Source of the DNA: Prochlorococcus sp. MIT 0801
Lineage (GTDB): Bacteria; Cyanobacteriota; Cyanobacteriia; PCC-6307; Cyanobiaceae
DNA length: 32,000 nt
Direction of reading: 5' to 3'
Assembly: GCF_000757865.1 (NCBI RefSeq)
Contig: NZ_CP007754.1
Coordinates: forward strand, 150,001-182,000
The notes below the pieces were generated by a model. It ran no database searches. It was not told the DNA's origin and was given only the letters and a program-made list of their open reading frames with translations. This document shows, in pieces, positions 27,114 to 32,000 of this stretch (positions are counted from its first letter, which is position 1; each line of letters starts with the position of its first letter). Made by a program: the position numbers and the translations under genes.

Positions 27114-27767
27114 CTATAGTATAAGCCATTCTTTTTTATTGCTTTGTAAAAATTTTCGTTTTCTCTTAGCAAGAGCAATCATTGCCTTACCGTCATAAAG
27201 ATAATTGTCTACATAACCCATTGTATAACGCTCTAATTCATTAATACCATCCTCAACATGAGATAAACAATGATATAGATCTAAGCTGAAATCTCTTATG
27301 ATTGAGGGACAAGCAAAGGATGTATAAATTTTTTTTATCTTAGTTATTTTATTTTTACTTTGCTCTAGATATAGACAGAAGGAATCCATTAATATTTCAT
27401 CATAAGGATCAGCTGATAAATCTCTTATTTTTGAACCTAAAGGATTAATTATTTGTCCTAATAATTTATCAATAGGGAGGTATATATTCTGAAACCATTT
27501 TTTTAAATCTTCAGAATTAGAGTAATTATTAGTTTCTCTTTTGTATTCATCCTGCCTATAAACTTTTGAGTTATTAATTTTTTTGAAATTTAGATCTTTA
27601 TGTTTTTTCTTTAATATTTCCCATGCTGAGTTTATTTCGAGCATTACTGCTGAATCTCCTCCTTTGTCTGGGTGATGTATTTTTACAAGTTTCCTATATG
27701 CTTTTTTAATCTCTTCAAGTTTTGCGCTGGGATGAACTTTCAATATTTGATATGGGTCGTTTCTCAT
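27114..27767 (-). CDS. J-domain (DnaJ-like) protein
   Basis: N-terminal J domain DPYQILKVHPSAKLEEIKKAYRKLVKIHHPDKGGD carries the HPD tripeptide. The C-terminal ~140 aa is not recognised. Confidence 0.75.
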   Translation of the reverse strand: MRNDPYQILKVHPSAKLEEIKKAYRKLVKIHHPDKGGDSAVMLEINSAWEILKKKHKDLNFKKINNSKVYRQDEYKRETNNYSNSEDLKKWFQNIYLPIDKLLGQIINPLGSKIRDLSADPYDEILMDSFCLYLEQSKNKITKIKKIYTSFACPSIIRDFSLDLYHCLSHVEDGINELERYTMGYVDNYLYDGKAMIALAKRKRKFLQSNKKEWLIL

Positions 27768-27788
27768 TGTTGAATGATTATTTCTTTT

Positions 27789-28757
27789 TTAGAGGTACTC
27801 TTTCCCTTTTACTGGGTTTGCGGGGATGCCAGTAAACATTGTTGTTGATAGATATCTTTCACCAAAGCTAGGAAGGATAACAACCAATCGCTTATGAGCA
27901 AACTCAGGTTGATTTCCTACTTTTAAAGCAGCGGCGACTGCAGCACCACTGCTGACACCACTAAGTAATCCCTCTTCTTTGGCAAGTCTTCTTCCTATGT
28001 CCATTGCTTCATTATCATTGATTCTTATGATTTCATCAATTTGATTCATATCTAATACGTTAGGAATGAAACCAGCACCAATGCCTTGTATCGCATGAGA
28101 TCCAGGATTCCCTCCTGACAGAACTGGGCTGGATGAAGGTTCTACCGCAAAAACTTTTATTTTTGGATTTTTTTGTTTTAAAAATCTTGCACAACCTGTG
28201 ATTGTTCCCCCTGTTCCTACTCCTGCAATTAATGCATCAAGTTTGCCTTCGCAATCTTCCCAAATTTCTTCAGCGGTCGTTTTTTCATGAATTTCAGGAT
28301 TGGATAAATTATCGAATTGCTGAAGCAAATATGCATTAGGTATAGAAACTACCAATTCCTTTGCGAGCTGAATGGCGCCTTGGATTCCTTCTTTGCCAGG
28401 GGTTAGTTGAAGCTCTGCTCCAAAAGCTCTTAACATTGAGCGTCTTTCAGTACTCATTGTGTCAGGCATTGTAAGTATGAGCCGATAACCTTTTGCTGCC
28501 GCAACCATGGCTAATGCAATTCCTGTGTTCCCGCTAGTTGGTTCAATCAGTACAGTATGTCCTGGTTTGATTGTTCCCTCCTTTTCCGCTGATTTCACCA
28601 TTGCGCCAGCTATTCGGTCTTTTACGGATGCTGTTGGGTTGAAACTTTCTAATTTTGCGATGATCTCTGATCTACAATTAAATTCATTAGGTAATCGATT
28701 CAGTTTGACCAAAGGTGTTTGGCCAACTAAAGATGTTATGTCATTAGCAATTGGCAT
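27789..28757 (-). CDS. cysK: cysteine synthase A (O-acetylserine sulfhydrylase)
   Basis: PLP-lysine motif NPTASVKDRI, TSGNTGIALA, the GTGGTITG loop and SSGAAV. The ORF has full CysK/CysM length. Confidence 0.9.
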   Translation of the reverse strand: MPIANDITSLVGQTPLVKLNRLPNEFNCRSEIIAKLESFNPTASVKDRIAGAMVKSAEKEGTIKPGHTVLIEPTSGNTGIALAMVAAAKGYRLILTMPDTMSTERRSMLRAFGAELQLTPGKEGIQGAIQLAKELVVSIPNAYLLQQFDNLSNPEIHEKTTAEEIWEDCEGKLDALIAGVGTGGTITGCARFLKQKNPKIKVFAVEPSSSPVLSGGNPGSHAIQGIGAGFIPNVLDMNQIDEIIRINDNEAMDIGRRLAKEEGLLSGVSSGAAVAAALKVGNQPEFAHKRLVVILPSFGERYLSTTMFTGIPANPVKGKEYL

Positions 28758-28894
28758 GATCTTATTTTAAAAACTTGAATCAATTGCGAGGTAAAAGTTA
28801 TTTAATAATTCAATTCTCTTTTAATAATGCTTGAAATTTTGTTATTCAAAAGCTTTATTGGCCTTTTAGAGATATAAATAGATGGAATAATTTT

Positions 28895-30466
28895 TTGATA
28901 TTGACCGAGAGCATTTCCCATAACTGTAAGCCTCCAATTTTATGGATTTTTCTTTTTTGGACCATAGCTTGCGGAATTGCAATTGTCTCTCTGGGAAATT
29001 TGCCTTTAAGAGATTTTGATGAAGCAACTGTTGCAAGAGTTGCATTGGAATTAAACCAAAAAAGTGGACTTGAGCGATTGCTTCCTTCTATCTGGGATAA
29101 GCCTTATTTGAATAAACCTCCTGGATTACATTGGATAATCTCTTTTGCAATTGGAATAAGTCGAAATTTCCAAAATAATTTTGATTTTTTACCCTCGGAG
29201 TTTTGTATAAGATTTTTTCCAGCACTTTTTTCGACTTTTGTTATTCCATTGGGTGGTCTGATTCAGTGGAACTTGCGCCCTAAAGATCGAATAGCATGTT
29301 TAACCACATCAGCAATTTTATTGACTTTATTGCCAATTATTAGATACGGGCGAATGGCAATGTTAGATGGTACTCAGCTTAGTGCCATTGCACTTTTATG
29401 GTTTTGCTTGTCATCTATAAAAAATAATAGGTCTACTAAATTTAATTTTTTAGGAGCTGGATTTGCCTGCAGTTTCATGCTTTTACTTAAAGCCCCTGTA
29501 ATTATCCCTGCACTATTTGCATCTTTGTTACCTTTGATTTGGGAATATAAATCAAAAAATTATTCAAATAATCTTTCATGGGCCTGGTTCTTCTATGGAT
29601 TAATTCCTGGTTTTGCTTGGCATTTATGGAATTTCGTTTCCTATGGTTCAGGAGCTTTCTGGTTGTGGTGGGGAGATGGAGCAGGAAGAGTTTTATTTGA
29701 AAAAGGCTCAGGTAGTGAGCTAGGAGTTTTGGTACCAATAATTGAAATATTTGAAGGGGGATGGCCTTGGATTCTTGTATGGCCAATTGGTTTTTTGTGG
29801 GCATGCTTTAGCCTTAATACTCGTTGGGGAGTTTGGGCTTTTAGTACTCAGATAATTATTGCAGGAAGTATTTTACCTCTAAAGATGCAACTTCCTTGGT
29901 ATATACATCCATTTTGGTTGCCTTTTGCTTTGGTCTGCGGCCCCCCCGTCTCTTGGTTAATTCAAAGAGAAGAGAATGGTTATTTTTTCACTAAAAAAAT
30001 ATTAAGAAAGATTCCGTACATACTTTCTTTGATTGGACTATGCTTATTTGCTTTTTCTTTATTAATTAAGTTAAAGATTCTCAACGTTGGAGAAGGTTAC
30101 TTTTATGCAATTTTTTTTATTAGTTTAGCTTGGTTTTTTGGGGGATTATCATTATCTAATTCAAGAAAGAATATTAGAAAGATGGGTTTTATTGGTTTGA
30201 TTTTTGGAAGCATAATAGGTTTATTCTTTTTTGTGAGTTCTAAATTTTGGTTATGGGAAATAAATGAAAACTGGGATGTAAGACCTGTAGCTGAATTTAT
30301 ACATGACTTTCCTAATCAAAAAATTTTTATTAGAAATAGCTTTGAGCGTCCAAGTTTAAATTGGTATTCAGGAAAACAAATCAAAAGTTTCGACGAAGAA
30401 AATAAAAGTAAATGCAAAGTAATTAAGAAAACTAATGATTGGGATCTATATACATGTAATGATTAA
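28895..30466 (+). CDS. GT39/GT83-type (ArnT/PMT-like) polytopic membrane glycosyltransferase
   Basis: 523 aa with 10 or more hydrophobic helices. The N-terminal loop LRDFDEATVARVALE has a DE-type motif like ArnT/PMT families, and KPPGLHW follows helix 2. The frame is open only from 28835 and has no ATG before residue ~150, so TTG 28895 (or 28901) must be the start. Confidence 0.7.
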   Translation: MILTESISHNCKPPILWIFLFWTIACGIAIVSLGNLPLRDFDEATVARVALELNQKSGLERLLPSIWDKPYLNKPPGLHWIISFAIGISRNFQNNFDFLPSEFCIRFFPALFSTFVIPLGGLIQWNLRPKDRIACLTTSAILLTLLPIIRYGRMAMLDGTQLSAIALLWFCLSSIKNNRSTKFNFLGAGFACSFMLLLKAPVIIPALFASLLPLIWEYKSKNYSNNLSWAWFFYGLIPGFAWHLWNFVSYGSGAFWLWWGDGAGRVLFEKGSGSELGVLVPIIEIFEGGWPWILVWPIGFLWACFSLNTRWGVWAFSTQIIIAGSILPLKMQLPWYIHPFWLPFALVCGPPVSWLIQREENGYFFTKKILRKIPYILSLIGLCLFAFSLLIKLKILNVGEGYFYAIFFISLAWFFGGLSLSNSRKNIRKMGFIGLIFGSIIGLFFFVSSKFWLWEINENWDVRPVAEFIHDFPNQKIFIRNSFERPSLNWYSGKQIKSFDEENKSKCKVIKKTNDWDLYTCND

Positions 30467-30548
30467 ATAAAATATTATTATTAACATATTTTTCTCTTCT
30501 TCTGCTTTTATTTGTAAGAATAAATTAGTAATAACGTTCTTCTGAAAA

Positions 30549-30809
30549 GTGTATTGTATTGAGCTTACTATTAAACTAAGTCCTATGCCTTTGGTGGTTC
30601 AGAGAAAAGAGCATGGAGATGCAAAGAGGCTTTATTCTGAAGTAATAGATTCTATCAAAAATGGTAATCCAAGGCTCCTAGAATTGACTTGTGAAAAAGT
30701 AGAAGATAAAAGAATTACTTTTCTTGTAAGCGAAATTACAGCTGTACAAATTTATGAAAAGACTAGTAGCAGCACTAGCAAACGGCCTGGATTTTCACTC
30801 CAGAATTAA
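30549..30809 (+). CDS. small conserved cyanobacterial protein (UPF0367-like, recalled family)
   Basis: [21 protein letters not shown]...LLELTCEK...ITAVQIYEK resembles the UPF0367 family pattern (MY.I...LKLSP.P..VQRKE ... ELTCE). A GTG start at 30549 is needed to include the conserved N-terminus. Confidence 0.6.
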   Translation: MYCIELTIKLSPMPLVVQRKEHGDAKRLYSEVIDSIKNGNPRLLELTCEKVEDKRITFLVSEITAVQIYEKTSSSTSKRPGFSLQN

Positions 30810-30832
30810 GAAACAATAGGAGTCATTCAATT

Positions 30833-31519
30833 TTGGAACGAACCAATTCGTCTGGCTATTTGGAATTTGATCAAGTCTCTTTTTCTTGGCCCAATGGAGT
30901 CAAAGTCATAGATCAATGCTCTTTTTCAATTGTAAAACCTGGTTTGTGGATGCTGGTTGGTGAAAACGGAAGCGGTAAAAGCACCTTGTTTCGCTTGATA
31001 AATGGAGGGATTCGACCTAAGAGCGGAAAAATTTTCTGTTCTCTCAGCCCAACAATGGTTTATCAAAATCCAGATCACCAATTGCTTATGCCAACATGTA
31101 AAAGTGAGTTGATGCTTAGCGTTCCTAAAACCATTCCCAAAACTAATCTATTGGACTTAATTCATTCTGCTCTTGAAAAAGTGGACTTGTGTGAAATGTT
31201 GGATAGGCCTATTCATACTTTAAGTGGTGGCCAAAAGCAGCGTTTAGCTCTTGCTGGAGCAATTGTTAGCAATTCAAATTTACTTTTACTTGATGAGCCC
31301 ACAGCTCTATTGGACCCTCAAAGTCAAAATTCAGTTTTGAAAGTTATGAAAAAATTGACAAGTTCCTCTGCTGATCCAATTACAGCAATATGGGTTACTC
31401 ATCGATTGGAAGAATTATATTTTTGTGATGGAGCGGCAATTCTTAAAAATGGAGCTATCAGCAGTTGGAATTCTGGTTCAAAAGTGTTCCAAGAAATAAA
31501 ATCACTTGCCCTTAGGTAG
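30833..31519 (+). CDS. ABC transporter ATP-binding protein (ECF/CbiO-like)
   Basis: Walker A GENGSGKST, Q-loop region VYQNPDHQL, signature LSGGQKQRLALAGA, Walker B LLLLDEPTALLD, H-loop VTHRLEE. TTG start at 30833; there is no nearby in-frame ATG. Confidence 0.85.
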   Translation: MERTNSSGYLEFDQVSFSWPNGVKVIDQCSFSIVKPGLWMLVGENGSGKSTLFRLINGGIRPKSGKIFCSLSPTMVYQNPDHQLLMPTCKSELMLSVPKTIPKTNLLDLIHSALEKVDLCEMLDRPIHTLSGGQKQRLALAGAIVSNSNLLLLDEPTALLDPQSQNSVLKVMKKLTSSSADPITAIWVTHRLEELYFCDGAAILKNGAISSWNSGSKVFQEIKSLALR

Positions 31520-31548
31520 CTGGCAAGGGTAAGTTCTTAATGTTGTAA

Positions 31549-31620
31549 TCCTCGGTAGCTCAGCGGTAGAGCGATCGGCTGTTAACCGATTGGTCGCAGG
31601 TTCGAATCCCGCCCGGGGAG
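31549..31620 (+). tRNA. tRNA-Asn (anticodon GUU), CCA not encoded
   Basis: Hand-folded cloverleaf. Acceptor stem TCCTCGG/CCGGGGA has one G:U pair. D-stem is GCTC/GAGC. Anticodon stem ATCGG/CCGAT carries loop CTGTTAA, giving anticodon GTT. Variable loop is 5 nt. T-arm GCAGG-TTCGAAT-CCCGC has one A:C mismatch at the third pair. Discriminator is G. Confidence 0.88.
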
Positions 31621-31937
31621 TTTTTAAAGGTAAATGTAAATTTGTTTTTACATAAGAATAAATTTGTTGATTTTTAAGTTTGAAAAAAAAGTTTCTTTAT
31701 CTTTAATTTAAAATTTTTTATAGAATTTTTTTAGATTTTTTATGAAAGTTTTGAGAATTCCTTAACAGTAAAGCCTTGGAATCGGAAGACTTTCTAAAGA
31801 CAGTGCAATGACTTTTCGCCTTTTCAGGGATAAAAAACCAGTGATACTAGTTATAGTTGCTGATTAACCTATGGAAAACCAAGTTTGTCGAATTCTGCAA
31901 TAAAAACAAAATTTTGAGAGAATCATATGAATCTTGA

Positions 31938-31962
31938 GTAGTCGCAACTGCGGGTACTTTTT
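31938..31962 (+). terminator. Rho-independent terminator-like hairpin with T5 tail (no upstream ORF assigned)
   Basis: GTAGTCGC (31938-31945) pairs with GCGGGTAC (31950-31957) across loop AACT. That gives 6 Watson-Crick pairs (4 of them G:C), one G:U wobble and one G/G mismatch, followed by TTTTT (31958-31962). It is conspicuously GC-rich within an AT-rich non-coding stretch. The reverse complement lacks a T-tail, so it is + strand specific. Confidence 0.35.
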
Positions 31963-32000
31963 AATTTGGGCAATTATTAATGAAGCCTTGCATTTTACTC

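Noticed and set aside
28507-29804. Track ORFs 28507..28770 (+) and 29502..29804 (-)
   Set aside because: Antisense within cysK and the GT39 gene respectively.
31790-31870. Possible glutamine-II / Downstream-peptide riboswitch upstream of a 19-codon ORF (MTFRLFRDKKPVILVIVAD)
   Set aside because: Only a single CGGAAG element is present. I could not identify the second conserved GGAAG-type element or convincing P1/pseudoknot pairings. In AT-rich sequence the weak complementarity could be chance. It needs a covariance-model scan before any claim.
31549-32000. tRNA-Asn as the attachment site of a genomic island or prophage
   Set aside because: No direct repeat of the tRNA 3' end, no integrase and no foreign-looking gene is visible in the 380 nt available. 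The question can only be settled with sequence beyond the window.
1-32000. Search by eye for CRISPR repeats, long direct or inverted repeats, IS ends, HIP1 (GCGATCGC) palindromes, rRNA, RNase P RNA, tmRNA, SRP RNA and Yfr1 (ACTCCTCACAC) signatures
   Set aside because: None found. The only similar strings, such as GAAAGTCC inside the VKOR gene and CGATCG fragments, sit inside validated coding frames. A manual scan cannot exclude diverged or short elements.

Overview
This window reads as a densely packed, visibly AT-rich core-genome segment of a marine picocyanobacterium, probably Prochlorococcus-like. GC content was not computed. By the coordinates below, about nine-tenths of the window is coding. 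I support 40 protein-coding genes, one tRNA-Asn(GUU) and two weak terminator-like hairpins. Two real micro-genes are absent from the supplied ORF track: a high-light-inducible protein (hli) and petL. The lineage call rests on gene content: hli, petL, ndhO, crtQ (zeta-carotene desaturase), a Ycf33-like protein, a VKOR-thioredoxin fusion, UPF0367, and housekeeping genes (xseAB, nadB, aroK, rbfA, nagZ, hemD, cysK). I found no CRISPR array, IS or transposase, integrase, phage genes, toxin-antitoxin pair or recognisable defence gene. I therefore cannot point to a clear-cut novel system here. The best follow-up candidates are: (1) a tightly coupled minus-strand trio, a tandem-duplicated PTPS (N-terminal half lacking the catalytic His), a RibD_C-like reductase and a DUF482/FemAB-like acyltransferase, which may be an uncharacterised pterin-related module; (2) an ORF-free ~380 nt region after tRNA-Asn that ends in a GC-rich terminator-like hairpin, a possible sRNA; (3) an 87-aa gene overlapped at both ends; (4) two convergent gene junctions sharing a near-identical 14-nt stop-overlap module; (5) a C7 homopolymer inside a GT39 glycosyltransferase gene; (6) a 392-nt divergent gap containing a doubtful Trp-rich orphan ORF. 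All functional calls come from motif and family recognition by eye; no database search was run.
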